A stretch of DNA of 64,000 nt from an uncultured delta proteobacterium (GTDB lineage Bacteria; Myxococcota_A; Polyangia; Polyangiales; B10-G4), in the NCBI GenBank assembly GCA_963727445.1, contig CAVSGI010000010.1, positions 1,120,001 through 1,184,000 on the forward strand. The letters are read 5' to 3'. The notes below the pieces were generated by a model, which was not told the DNA's origin, searched no databases, and saw nothing but the letters and a program-made list of their open reading frames with translations. The stretch's first letter is position 1, and the number at the start of each line of letters is the position of its first letter. The position numbers and the translations under genes are program-made. Below, piece by piece: positions 39,938 through 50,595 of this stretch.

Positions 39938-41638
39938 GTGAAGCAGTACCCGCGAGCGCTCTTCGGCCTGCTCCTGCTCGTGGGGTGTGGGACCGAGAGC
40001 GAGCCGCGGCCGGCCGTCGCCACACACGTGGACGATTGGCGCGACGAGGTCATCTACGAGGTGCTCACCGACCGCTTCGAGAACGGCGACACCGGCAACG
40101 ACGATGTCGACGGCGTGTCCATCGTCCCCGGCGATCTGTCTCGGCATCAGGGCGGCGACTGGGCGGGCATGCGCGCGCGCCTTCCCTATCTCGAGCATCT
40201 GGGGATCACCACGCTCTGGATCTCGCCCATCGTGAAGAACCTGCCGCGGACCGAGACCGAGGACGGCTATCACGGCTACTGGGCGTCGGACTTCACGGAG
40301 ATCAACGACCGCTTCGGCAGCGTGGAGGACCTGCGCGGGCTCGTCGACGACGCCCACGACCGCGGCATGAAGGTGATCATCGACGTGGTGATGAATCACG
40401 CCGGGCGCGTGTTCTCCTACGACCTCGACCGCGACGGAGTGTCGGACCCGGACGAGTGGGAGCCGCCCTACTCGCCCACGCCCATCGACGCGCCTCTCGT
40501 GTGGGTCACCGATCCGCCGCGGATGTGGACGCCGAGCGCCCTGCTCTCGAGCGACCCCTTCGCGGACCCGGACATCTTCACCCTGGACGAATCGCACTTC
40601 CACCGCCGCGGCGCCAACAATTGGGAGAGCGTCGACGAGGTGCTCTTCGGGGACTTTCCGACGGGCCTCAGGGATCTGGCGACCGAGCGCGACGACATCC
40701 AGAGCGCGTTGGTCGAGACCTACGCGCAGTGGGTGCGGATCACCGACGTCGACGGTTTCCGCCTCGACGCCGTGCCGCACATCGCCCCGAGCGAATGGGC
40801 GATCCTGGCGAGCCGCCTCCGGGAGCGCCTGGCCGCGATGGGAAAACACGACTTCCTGCTCCTCGGCGAGGTCTTCAGCCCCGACGCAGAGGAGCTCTCA
40901 CGCTATGTGGAGCCGGGGATGCTCGACACGGTCTTCGACTTCACCTTCCGCGAGTACGTCATCGACCAGGTGATCCTCGCCGGGTTGCCCCCCACCTACG
41001 CGCGCCCCGCCTTCGACCCCCTCGAAAACGCGCTCCCGCGAACGCCACAGCCCATGGGCATCGGGCTCACGCCGCACCAGGCCCGCGTCGCTTTTGCCGA
41101 CAATCACGACACCCAGCGGATCCGGAACATCCTCGACGATCCCTACGCGGTGGAGATGGCCATGACCGCGGTCTTCACCATCGACGGCATCCCATCGGTC
41201 TACTACGGCACCGAGCAGGGCATGAGCGGCGGCGGCCACCACGCCTCCCGCGAGGTGCTCTGGGAGACGGGCTTCGACGAAACGCATCCCACCTACGAGC
41301 TCATCGCGCGCCTCGCGGCGCTCAGGCGCGCACATCCCGCGCTTCGCTATGGCGCGCTCTACGTCCGCTTCTTGAGCCCGAGCGGGGGTCTGTCGACCGA
41401 AGACGACGCCTCCCTCTTCGCCTGGGAGCGCGCCCACGGAGATGACCGCACCCTCAGCGTCTTCAACGCGCACGCCTACAAGGAGAGCGAAGCGACGATC
41501 CCGACGGGCTTCGCGCCGGGCACTGTTCTGAGGGACGAGATCTACGACCTGATCCCACCCGTGACGGTGAACGGCGACGGCAGCGTCCAGGTGCGGCTGC
41601 CGCCGCGCAGCGCGGTCCTGCTCGCTGTGAGCTCGTGA
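39938..41638 (+). CDS. GH13 alpha-amylase-family lipoprotein
   Basis: Lipobox LVGC, TDRF, YHGYW, DVVMNH, GFRLDA, LGEVF, DNHD, YYGTEQ. Confidence 0.9.
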   Translation: MKQYPRALFGLLLLVGCGTESEPRPAVATHVDDWRDEVIYEVLTDRFENGDTGNDDVDGVSIVPGDLSRHQGGDWAGMRARLPYLEHLGITTLWISPIVKNLPRTETEDGYHGYWASDFTEINDRFGSVEDLRGLVDDAHDRGMKVIIDVVMNHAGRVFSYDLDRDGVSDPDEWEPPYSPTPIDAPLVWVTDPPRMWTPSALLSSDPFADPDIFTLDESHFHRRGANNWESVDEVLFGDFPTGLRDLATERDDIQSALVETYAQWVRITDVDGFRLDAVPHIAPSEWAILASRLRERLAAMGKHDFLLLGEVFSPDAEELSRYVEPGMLDTVFDFTFREYVIDQVILAGLPPTYARPAFDPLENALPRTPQPMGIGLTPHQARVAFADNHDTQRIRNILDDPYAVEMAMTAVFTIDGIPSVYYGTEQGMSGGGHHASREVLWETGFDETHPTYELIARLAALRRAHPALRYGALYVRFLSPSGGLSTEDDASLFAWERAHGDDRTLSVFNAHAYKESEATIPTGFAPGTVLRDEIYDLIPPVTVNGDGSVQVRLPPRSAVLLAVSS

Positions 41639-41716
41639 CGCGCGCCGCGCGCCCCACGAGAGGGCGACGCGCGCGATCACCTTGACCCGCGGGTTTCTCC
41701 GTGAGGTCATCGCACC

Positions 41717-42970
41717 ATGCGCGCAGACCTCGCCTCCATCGCCGCTCTCATCGTCACCGCCGCCGCGCTCGCCGGCTGCGCTTCGAACGGCCGCCGGCCC
41801 ACCGGGGACACCGGGGTTGGGGTGGGCGACGCAGGCGTGGACACGAGCCCCCCCTCGGACACCGGTCCCGGACCAGACGCCACGCCGGATACGGGTCGCG
41901 TGGACACGGGCGCCGCGGACACCGGCACGATGGACACCGGCACGGTGGACACCGGCACGGTGGACACCGGCACGATGGACACGGGGCCGGGAGGCTGCGC
42001 CGCCGTGACCTGCGCGACGAACGCGACCTGCGCCGACGACACCGGCACGCCGATCTGCACCTGCGACGCGGGATACAGCGGCGACGGCACCACCAGCTGC
42101 ACGGACGTGGACGAGTGCACACCGTCCGATCCCTGCGGTATGGGCATGTGCGTGAACGCGCCGGGCAGCTACAGCTGCAGCTGCGATCCCGGATACACCT
42201 TCGACGGGACGACCTGCGCCGACGTGAACGAATGCGTGCCCACCGATCCCTGCGGCATGGGCACCTGCACCAACGAGGCCGGCAGCTACACCTGCGCGTG
42301 TCCCATGGGCTATCGCTTCGATGGAACGACCTGCGTCGTCGCCTCCGGCACCGTGCTCGTCTTCCGCGGATCGACCCGCACGACCGACACGACCGCGGCG
42401 GACGCCGTCACCGCCCTCGGCCTCACGCTGATCGACACAACCACCGACACCGCGTTCAACGCGGCGTTCGATGCCGGAGGCTTCGACGTGATCGTCTGGA
42501 CATCCCCGTCGGGCGTCGCTTCGAGCTCGCTGACCTCGGCCGTCGAATCACGACTCAGCACCTGGGTCTCCGGCGGCGGCGCGCTCATCTTCGCGTACTG
42601 GGACCTCGACACGCGCACCACCTTCAGGGCGGTGCTCGGCGTGAGCACCTCGGAGCGCACCACCTGGGTGAACCTCCAGCCGGCGATGGGCGATCCCTTC
42701 GGCTTCTTCGCGGGGGTGCCCAACCCGCTCACCGGGACGGACTCGGGCTGGGCGGACAACGGCGACTACCTCGCCCTCACCGGCGCGGGCTCCATCGCCG
42801 CCACTTTCGTCTCCGGAAGCCCCTCCGGCGCCATCGCCGTCACGCAGAGCAACCGCGTCATCACCAACGGCTTCCTCTTCTCCGACTGCCTCACCGAGGA
42901 CGTCGACACCGACGGCGTCCCCGACTGCCAGGAGCTGGCGCAGAACGAGATCAGCTACCTGCTACCCTGA
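41717..42970 (+). CDS. Lipoprotein with calcium-binding EGF-like repeats
   Basis: Lipobox LAGC, DTGT linker repeats, DVDEC...CVNAPGSYSCSCDPGY and DVNEC...GSYTCACPMGY. Confidence 0.85.
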   Translation: MRADLASIAALIVTAAALAGCASNGRRPTGDTGVGVGDAGVDTSPPSDTGPGPDATPDTGRVDTGAADTGTMDTGTVDTGTVDTGTMDTGPGGCAAVTCATNATCADDTGTPICTCDAGYSGDGTTSCTDVDECTPSDPCGMGMCVNAPGSYSCSCDPGYTFDGTTCADVNECVPTDPCGMGTCTNEAGSYTCACPMGYRFDGTTCVVASGTVLVFRGSTRTTDTTAADAVTALGLTLIDTTTDTAFNAAFDAGGFDVIVWTSPSGVASSSLTSAVESRLSTWVSGGGALIFAYWDLDTRTTFRAVLGVSTSERTTWVNLQPAMGDPFGFFAGVPNPLTGTDSGWADNGDYLALTGAGSIAATFVSGSPSGAIAVTQSNRVITNGFLFSDCLTEDVDTDGVPDCQELAQNEISYLLP

Positions 42971-42990
42971 CGCCGGGGTTTTCGGCACGG

Positions 42991-43395
42991 TCACTCGGCG
43001 TCGGGCCGTTGCTGAAGCGGACGACCTTCCGCCTCCCAACCCTTCACGCCACCTTCCAGGTGCGCGACGTCCCGAAATCCGAGCTCTTGGAGCGTCTTGG
43101 CACCGAGCGCCGAGCGCGAGCCGGCAGCGCAGTACAGGATCACGCGACGTCCGGGATCGAGCGCGTCGTGGTGCTGGGGCATGGTGGGATCCGCTCGAAA
43201 CTCGAGCATTCCGCGCGGGACCACCAACGCCCCCTCGATCACGCCGCACTTCGTCTCGTGCGGCTCCCGAATGTCGACGAGCACGACCCCGCCTCCCTTC
43301 AGCTCCGCCTCGACCTCCGAGGGTGTGAGGTTCTCGATGCCGGCCTTGGCCGCGGTGACCATCTCGCTTGCAGTCATTCGTTCCTCCTGGTCCAC
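42991..43395 (-). CDS. Rhodanese-like protein
   Basis: LVDIREPHE, PRGMLEF, active-site loop YCAAGSRS, LEGGVKGW. Confidence 0.9.
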   Translation of the reverse strand: MDQEERMTASEMVTAAKAGIENLTPSEVEAELKGGGVVLVDIREPHETKCGVIEGALVVPRGMLEFRADPTMPQHHDALDPGRRVILYCAAGSRSALGAKTLQELGFRDVAHLEGGVKGWEAEGRPLQQRPDAE

Positions 43396-43449
43396 GATCG
43401 ATTCGGGTTGGACAGGAGCCTGGCGGAGGGTGCGTTCCCGAAACGTTCC

Positions 43450-46400
43450 TCAGCCGCGAAGCGCCCGGCATCTCGCCTCGTCGAGGGGCTGCCCCGCGAG
43501 GCGATAGGCTTCGGCGGCGGCGCCGAAGCGCTCGGCGGCCGTGGGGGGATCCGCACCGGCGAGCGCCAGGTGGCCGCGAACCTCCTCGACCGCTGCGCGC
43601 CACGCGGGCAGGGGCACGATCACCTCGGCGAGCTGTTCGGCGGTCGCGGCGTGCCGGGTCGCGCGCTCGAGGTCACCCGCGCGGGCCGCGCCGATCGCCG
43701 CCGGCACGACAAGTGTGATCCGGCACGCCGGGCACGACTCGAGGGGACCGCGCACCGCGTGCTCCGCCTCTTCCACCCTGGCCAGTGAGTCGGCGGGGTC
43801 GTCCGCGACGGCGATCCGACATCCGTAGATCCGATCGAGGAGGTGGTGACAGAGATAGGAGTCGCGCGCCACGGTGAGCGCGTGGTCCAACAGAGCCGCC
43901 GCCTCCTCGCGATGGCCGCGGTGGAGTGCGACCTCGGCCCGCCGCTGGAGCGAGAGGGCCTGCCCAGCGGTCGCGCCGAGACGGCCGTGAAGCCGCGCCC
44001 CCTCGTCCAGGCTGCGCTGCGCTTCGTCGAGCGATCCGGCGAGGAGCTCCGCTTCTCCGCGGAGCGTCACCGCGAAGGCGAGTCCCCGCGCGGCACCGAT
44101 GCGCTCCGCCTCCTCCGCCAGGGACGTCGCGAAGGCGATGACCTCGTCGTAGGGGCGCGCTCCGTAGAGCATCCGCTCGGTGGCGCAGAGGTGAGCGTCG
44201 AAGACGCGCGTCGCGAGATCGGGAAGCTCCCGCGTCGCCGCCAGCTCGGCGCGCAGCTGCGCCGGCAGGTCCCCGCGTGCGTGGGCGGCGAGCGACTGCG
44301 CCCACGACGCCTCCAGGATCGCCCCCGAGTCCCCCGTCTCGAGCGCCAGGCGGCGGGCTTCGGACGCGGCGTCGTGAGCTTCGGTGGGATCGCAGTAGCC
44401 CACGGCAGCGGCACCGCTCAGGGTGAGCGCTCTCGAGATCAGCGCCGCAGTGGTGGAAGGAGCGGCCTGGGCGAGCGTCTCGAGGGCGCCCCCGGGATCT
44501 CCCGACTTGAGCTGGGCGAGCGCCTGGCGTGTGCGAACGTCCTGAGCCTCCGCTTCGGAGAGCCGCGTCGCGGCGACCGACATAGGCTGCCAGTGCGCGG
44601 CTGTCTCCCAGCGCGTCGAGGACGTCGGCGCGAAGGACGAGCGCCTCCGGGTGATCGGGCGCATGCTCGAGCACGGAGTCCAACTGGCGCAACGCATCGG
44701 CGAGCGCGCCGAGCCGAATGGCCCGCCGCGCCGCCGCCAAGAGCCACGGAACCGCCTCGGAAGGACGGGCCCCCGAAAGCCAGTGGTGCGCGATCCGGAC
44801 CGGCGAGCCGCCGGCACCTGCCAGTCGCCGAGCCGCGTCCCGATGAATCGCGATGCGGCGATGCGGCGGCACGCGCTCCACGAGCGCCTCCCGCACCAGG
44901 GAGTGGCGAAATCGGTACCGCGCGTTCGCGACGACCAGGACTCCCCGGCCGAGCGCCGCGTCGAGCAGGGCGAAGGCTTCCGATTCCGAGAGGCCGGTCA
45001 AGGCCACGATCTCCATCGTGTCCAGGTCGTCGCCCGCCAGAGCGATGCGTTCGAGCATCGCCAGAGATCCCGTGTCGAGGTCCACGAAGTCGGCGCGGAT
45101 CGCATCCCAGAGGGTCGGGGTGATCGCGATCGTCCCGTCGCGCACGTGACATCGCGCGAGCTCGCGAGCAAAAAGCGGATGACCCTCCGCCAGCGCGACG
45201 ATTCGGTCGGTGACCATGGGCGGGGGTCGCGTTTCCGCCTGTGCAGCGACAATCGCGATCACGTCCTCGGGGGACAGGGGACCCAATGCGATCTCGACGA
45301 GCCCACGAGCGCGCTCGAGCCGCGCGAGGCCGGAGACGAGCCCCGGCGACAGCTGCCCCTCGCGATGAGCGAGCACCACCAGGAACGCGTCGCTCGCGTG
45401 CGCACCGACCTCGAGCAAGACCTCCGCGCTGGCTTCGTCGGCGAGATGGGTGTCGTCGACGATCAAGACGAGCCTCCCTGCACCGACGGACGCCCGCAAC
45501 AGCTGCATGAAAGCGCCGGAGACACGATGACGCGTCAGGGCGCCGTCGATGGAGGAAGCCGGGCCCGCCAGCGGCGCGAGCTGCGCGAGCGTCGCGCGCG
45601 CACCCGGGGACAGCGACGCGAGCCGCCCTGGATCTTCGCGGACCAGTCGGTCGATCACCGCGCCGAGCGTCCCGTACGCGTCCGGCTGCGAGGCGCTCCG
45701 CACGGTGACGGCGCGAAAACCGGCCTCCTCGGCCATCGCGGACACTTGGCGACACAGGAGCGACTTTCCGATGCCGGCCGGCCCCCGAATCGCGAGCACG
45801 CCCACCTCACGGGGCAGGTCGGCGCGCAGCAGCGCCGCGCAACGAGCCAGCTCCACCTGCCGCCCGACGAAGGCCGGCTGGACGCGATCGATCCCTTCGA
45901 GGCATCGCTGGTACAGCACCTCGGTCTCGGGACTGGGCGCAATTCCGAGCTCCGCTGCGAGAACCGTCCGCAACCGGCCATACCAACGGATGGCGCGTGG
46001 GAGATCGTTTGCGTCCAGCGCGTCCTCGATCATCGCACGGTAGGGCGCCTCGTCCGTGGGCTCGAGCTCGACGAGGCGCTCCCAACGACCGCTGAGGCGT
46101 AGGAGCTCCGCGTAGCGGTCGCGCAGGTTCCGGCGGGTGGGCTCGGTCCAGTCCTCGTAGAGCGATTCGGGAAGGAGCTCGCCGCGATAGAGGGAAGCCG
46201 CCTCGAGCGCGAGCGCCGGGTCCTCGCGACCGAGCGCCTCCTCCGCCCTCGCCTCGAAGCGCTCGACGTCGACGTCGATGGCGCCCACGTTCAGCGCGAC
46301 CATCCCGCCGCGAAGCGCGATCGCGTCCTTGTCGCCCAGCGCTCGTCGCGCGTGGTGGGCCGCCTTGCGGAGGTTGGCAAAGCCGGCCTTGGCGCCGAGG

Positions 46401-46573
46401 TGCGGCCAGAGACTCTCCACCGCCTGGTCCCGGGTGAGGCGGTGAGAAGGCGAAAGTGCCAGGAGCTGAACGAGCTCGGCCGAGCGCCGGCTGGGCCATC
46501 GCTCGTTGGCCACTTCTTCCCCGTCCACAAAGACTCGAAAGCCCCCCAGGAGCTGGATGCGAAGAGACTCCAC
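43450..46573 (-). CDS. SARP/BTAD + AAA ATPase + TPR transcriptional regulator (frameshift near 44578)
   Basis: IQLLGGF, LYRGELLP, Walker A GPAGIGKS, LIVDDTHLAD, YRFRHSLVRE; continues in ORF 43450-44817. Confidence 0.82.
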
Positions 46574-46634
46574 GCTCCGAGGATACGCCCCCGACCGTCG
46601 ACCTTCGCGTCGGGTTCGGAGACACTCTGCGGGC

Positions 46635-47186
46635 ATGGACAGTGTCATCGACGCGCTGATCGGCGGAGGAAATCCGAGCCTCGAAGACGCGACGCGGGTC
46701 TTCGACTCGCTCGAGCCCGTAGCGCTCGAATTCATCTTGGGCAGATGGCGCGGACGAGAGATCGCCACCGGCCATCGCATGGAAGGCATCCTCGAGGCCT
46801 CCGGCTGGTACGGCAAGCTCTTCCTGAGCGAAGAAGAGGTGCACCCGCTGCTCTACTACACGCGCGACAGGAAGGGTCTCTTCGCCTGCGATCCGAAGCA
46901 CATTCGCATGGACGTCGACGTCGCGAAGATCAAGCCGCTCGGCAGCCTCGCGGGGATCGGCATGAAGCTGCTTCGAACCACGCGCAGCAAGGCGCGCCTC
47001 AGGATGGTCGAGCATCGCGGCCGGGTGACGGCGACGATGATCTACGACGAAAAGCCCATCTTCGACTTCTTCCGGCGGATCGACGACCATCGCGTGTTGG
47101 GTTGGATGGACCTCAAGGGCGATGTGCGCCCCTACTTCTTCATGCTCGAACGCGACGACGAGAGCGATCTTTCGCTCGAGCTCTGA
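46635..47186 (+). CDS. GXWXG/DUF4334 protein
   Basis: FDSLEPV, GRWRG, GWYGK, ARLRMVEHRG..TATMIYD. Confidence 0.85.
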   Translation: MDSVIDALIGGGNPSLEDATRVFDSLEPVALEFILGRWRGREIATGHRMEGILEASGWYGKLFLSEEEVHPLLYYTRDRKGLFACDPKHIRMDVDVAKIKPLGSLAGIGMKLLRTTRSKARLRMVEHRGRVTATMIYDEKPIFDFFRRIDDHRVLGWMDLKGDVRPYFFMLERDDESDLSLEL

Positions 47187-47959
47187 ATGGGCCCGCTCAA
47201 GCAGCACCTGCTCGCCCTCGGCGGCGTCGTGATCGTCGGCATGCCGATCCTGGCGATCGACATGATCTTCTTCGGCCCCAGCCATCAGGGGGTCCTGGGC
47301 GGGCTCGACTTTCGCGGCTGGGTCACCGGGATGTACTTCGCCGTCGCGGCGCTCTTCTGGATCCTCTCCGGCGTGGTCGCGTTCGCGATCAAGCCGCGCA
47401 CCCTCGGCTGCCTCGGCTACGCGGGCGCCCTGCTGGTCTATCTCGTCCTGCTCGTCGGCAGCGTGAGCGCGTTCTACGCCGTCACGGATCTGAGCATGGA
47501 TTGCGAGCTCGCCGCCGAGGAGGAGGCCATGCTCGAGGAGACGCGCGCGCTCGAGAGGGACGTCTCACTCGAGGGCTGGTCGGTCCGCGATGGCGAGGTC
47601 GTGCTCAGCATTCGGTCGGCGGGGCGGGCGCGCGCGCTCTGCTCCTGGCGGGTTCAGGGCTACGTCGACGAGTACCAGGTCGGCGTGCGCGCCGAAGACG
47701 GCATCGACGAGTTCACATGCGGCACGCCCGGTCCGCATCAGACCTTGCCCGCGGGCACCTCGGAGCTGCGCCGCGCCTATCAGCTCGAGGCCGGGGATTT
47801 CCCGAAACGGTCTCGAGATGGCACGTCGAGCTGTGGATCGAGGAGGCGACCGGGATGACCCGGCTCATCTGGGAGACCAACAGGGAACAGGAGGTTTTTG
47901 CGGGCGAAAGCTACCGGCCCCTTCCCCCACCCAGCGCCGAATCCAGCACCGGGAATTGA
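47187..47959 (+). CDS. Membrane protein (probable frameshift near 47800)
   Basis: Three TM segments. The annotated frame stops at 47858, while an alternative frame FPETVSRWHVELWIEE continues to 47959. Confidence 0.6.
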
Positions 47960-48117
47960 GAAGACCTGACACAAGTGCCCGGAAGGTGGCAGATCCAGTA
48001 GCCAGGTCGTTTGACCACTGATCGTCACGACTCTGAGATCATTGGTGAAACTTTGCGCACCAGTGAGCGTTCTCACCTTCAATCGCCGGTATGGGTCGTG
48101 CAATCATGAGGGACGTC

Positions 48118-49677
48118 ATGCGGAATCCCCTCCACTTCGCCGTCTCCCTCGTCGCTCTCAGCTCCCTTCTCTCCGCCGCCGCCGTGGGCTGCGCGGCCAA
48201 CACCACAGACCCCGGTTCCGGCGGAAGTGCCCTCGTCGCCCCCGAGGTGGTGGCGCTCTCCACCTACGAGGCGAGCATCGGCACTTTGGTCGAGGTCTAC
48301 GGGGAGAACTTCCCTTACCGCTCCTCGGGACGGGTGATGCTCGCCTTCCAGGGCAACTTCGAGGCGGACGACGGCACGGTCTACCCGGTCGACGACGAGT
48401 TCGATGCCACGGTGGTCGACCGCGGCACCCTCCGCTGGGACAGCTTCGGCCCCTACCGCGTCCCCTTCAGCCCCACCGGCAACGAGACCGGTGAGTTCGT
48501 GGGCATCGTCTTCGCGCGCGTCGTCGACGACGACGGCAACGTGACCGAGGGCACCGAGCCGTTGGAGGCCACCTTCCGGGTCAAGCCCTCCCTCCTGGTG
48601 CACGAGCTCCAGCCGCTCAGCGCGAGCTGCGGCGCGCCGGTGCAGCGTGCCCTCGGCGGCGCGTCCTATCGCATGCGCGTCGAGGCCCTCGGCTTCGAGC
48701 CCGAGTCCTTCACCTACACGATCGCGGCCCCGGCCGCGAACGTCGCGCCCGTCTCCATTCGCCACCCGGCGACCGGTCGCTTCGATACGGTGGGCGACAA
48801 TGGCGACCTCATCTTCCCGAACGTCCCCGACGACCAGCTCTCCTACGGCGCGGTCCTCACGGTCACCGCGACCGATGTGACCGGCCAGATCCACGGCTCG
48901 ACCTTCGCCATCGGCGTGCACCGCCCCCTCGAGTTCTTCTACAACGGCAACGTCACCGTGGCCGAGGTGATGAGCCCGGTGCCGGTCAGCGCCTGCATCC
49001 CCGGCGGCACCAACGGCCGCAGCGCCAGCTACAACGAGGCGATGAGCGAGACCCGCGACCGCTCCTACTCGACCAGCTGGGACGAGACCTGGCTCTCGAG
49101 CCACACGGTGGCGGCGAGCTCCTCGCAGACCGTGGGCCTCTCCGAGACCAACGGCGTGGGCTTCGCGACCACCGACGGCGAGTCCTTCTCCTGGCGCCTG
49201 GGCGGCGAGGTCGGTGGCACGATCGGCCTGTCCAAGGTCGTGTCCCTGGGCCTCAAGGCCACCTTCGGCGTCGAGAGCACGACCAGCCGCCAGGTCCAGA
49301 ACTCCGCGAACCGCACCTCCGGCCTGAACGAGGCCAGCACCACCACCGACACCGAGTCGGCGACCGAGACCGCGGGCGGCAGCACGGGTGAGACCTTCGC
49401 GTGGTCGGTGAGCAGCACCGACACCGTGAGCCGCGACTTCGGCGGCGAGGTCATCGCCGGCACCTTCGGCGTCTTCTACCGCCAGACGCTTCGCCTGCTG
49501 CGTCGCGGCGCTCTGGTCGCCTACAACCAGTGTGGCTCCGCCGAGGTGGTGGGCGACATCGACTTCACCGACTGGACCTGGTCTCCGGACCTCGCCCTCG
49601 GGCAGTCCTGCCCCCCGCTCCCGGAGAGCAACCTTCCCGCTTACGAATGCCTCGTCTCGCCCTGCTCGGGCGAGTGA
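48118..49677 (+). CDS. Lipoprotein with IPT-like domain and long Ser/Thr-rich beta-hairpin (beta-pore-former-like)
   Basis: Lipobox AVGC, GTLVEVYGENF, alternating-residue segment at 49021-49440, Cys-containing C-terminus. Confidence 0.75.
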   Translation: MRNPLHFAVSLVALSSLLSAAAVGCAANTTDPGSGGSALVAPEVVALSTYEASIGTLVEVYGENFPYRSSGRVMLAFQGNFEADDGTVYPVDDEFDATVVDRGTLRWDSFGPYRVPFSPTGNETGEFVGIVFARVVDDDGNVTEGTEPLEATFRVKPSLLVHELQPLSASCGAPVQRALGGASYRMRVEALGFEPESFTYTIAAPAANVAPVSIRHPATGRFDTVGDNGDLIFPNVPDDQLSYGAVLTVTATDVTGQIHGSTFAIGVHRPLEFFYNGNVTVAEVMSPVPVSACIPGGTNGRSASYNEAMSETRDRSYSTSWDETWLSSHTVAASSSQTVGLSETNGVGFATTDGESFSWRLGGEVGGTIGLSKVVSLGLKATFGVESTTSRQVQNSANRTSGLNEASTTTDTESATETAGGSTGETFAWSVSSTDTVSRDFGGEVIAGTFGVFYRQTLRLLRRGALVAYNQCGSAEVVGDIDFTDWTWSPDLALGQSCPPLPESNLPAYECLVSPCSGE

Positions 49678-49695
49678 TCGCGGTATAGTGAGGAA

Positions 49696-50565
49696 GTGAC
49701 GGCCCGACCCATTCTGGGAGCGCTGCTCCTCGCGGCCACCATCTCGGCCGTGGGATGTGGACCGGACGTGATGGTAGCCGACAGCGGGATCGGCCCGGCG
49801 GACGGCGGCGCACCACCCTCGATTCCCTCGATCGACAACGCCTTCACGCCGGTTCCCTACCCCGTCACCAAGCTCGAAGGGCGCGCGCCCGACAGCCGGC
49901 GCATCATCGTGCGCGGCGGCGACAATCCGGTGGCGAAGGCGGTCCTTCCCGACGGCAGCTTCTGCATCGACGTGCCGATGCCCGACCCGGGCACCTACGA
50001 CTTCGAGATCGTCGGCCAGAGCATGGACGGCGTGTTCTCGGAGCCCGCCATGGTTCAGATCGTCTTCGATCCCGCGTCGGCGCCGATCCCCGGACTGACC
50101 CTCTGCAGCGGGCAAGACCCCGCGGGATGCGCGGGCTCGAGCGAGATCTGCGATGACGGTCGCGACAACGACTGCAACGGCCTCGCCGACATGCGCGACC
50201 CCGCGTGCTCGGACTGCGTGGACGACGTCTTCGAGCCGAACGACGACGTGAACGCACCCCGTGCGGACCCGGGTCGCTACGAGGGGCTCACCATCTGCCC
50301 CGGAAACTCCGACTACTACGGCATCTACGCCAACGCGGGCGACACCATCCGGGCGACGATCTATTTCTCGCAGGCGAGCGGCGATCTCGACCTGGAGCTG
50401 CTGGGTATCGATCACACGACGGTGCTGGCGACCTCGGCAACGATGACCGACGACGAGGTGGTCAGCTACGACGCGACGGATACCGGCGAATACAAGCTGC
50501 TTGTTTGGGGCCCCGACGGCTCCATGAACGGGTACACTCTCGTCGTCGATGTGACCTCCCCGTAG
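49696..50565 (+). CDS. Lipoprotein with metal-binding Cys repeat and PPC-like domain
   Basis: Lipobox AVGC, EICDDGRDNDCNG, FEPND, GDLDLEL. Confidence 0.8.
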   Translation: MTARPILGALLLAATISAVGCGPDVMVADSGIGPADGGAPPSIPSIDNAFTPVPYPVTKLEGRAPDSRRIIVRGGDNPVAKAVLPDGSFCIDVPMPDPGTYDFEIVGQSMDGVFSEPAMVQIVFDPASAPIPGLTLCSGQDPAGCAGSSEICDDGRDNDCNGLADMRDPACSDCVDDVFEPNDDVNAPRADPGRYEGLTICPGNSDYYGIYANAGDTIRATIYFSQASGDLDLELLGIDHTTVLATSATMTDDEVVSYDATDTGEYKLLVWGPDGSMNGYTLVVDVTSP

Positions 50566-50595
50566 TTCAGGGGCCCAGCCCGAGCCACCCGAGAG

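Noticed and set aside
48043..48057. Sigma-54 promoter TGGTGAAACTTTGC
   Set aside because: GG-to-GC spacing is one base shorter than the strict -24/-12 requirement
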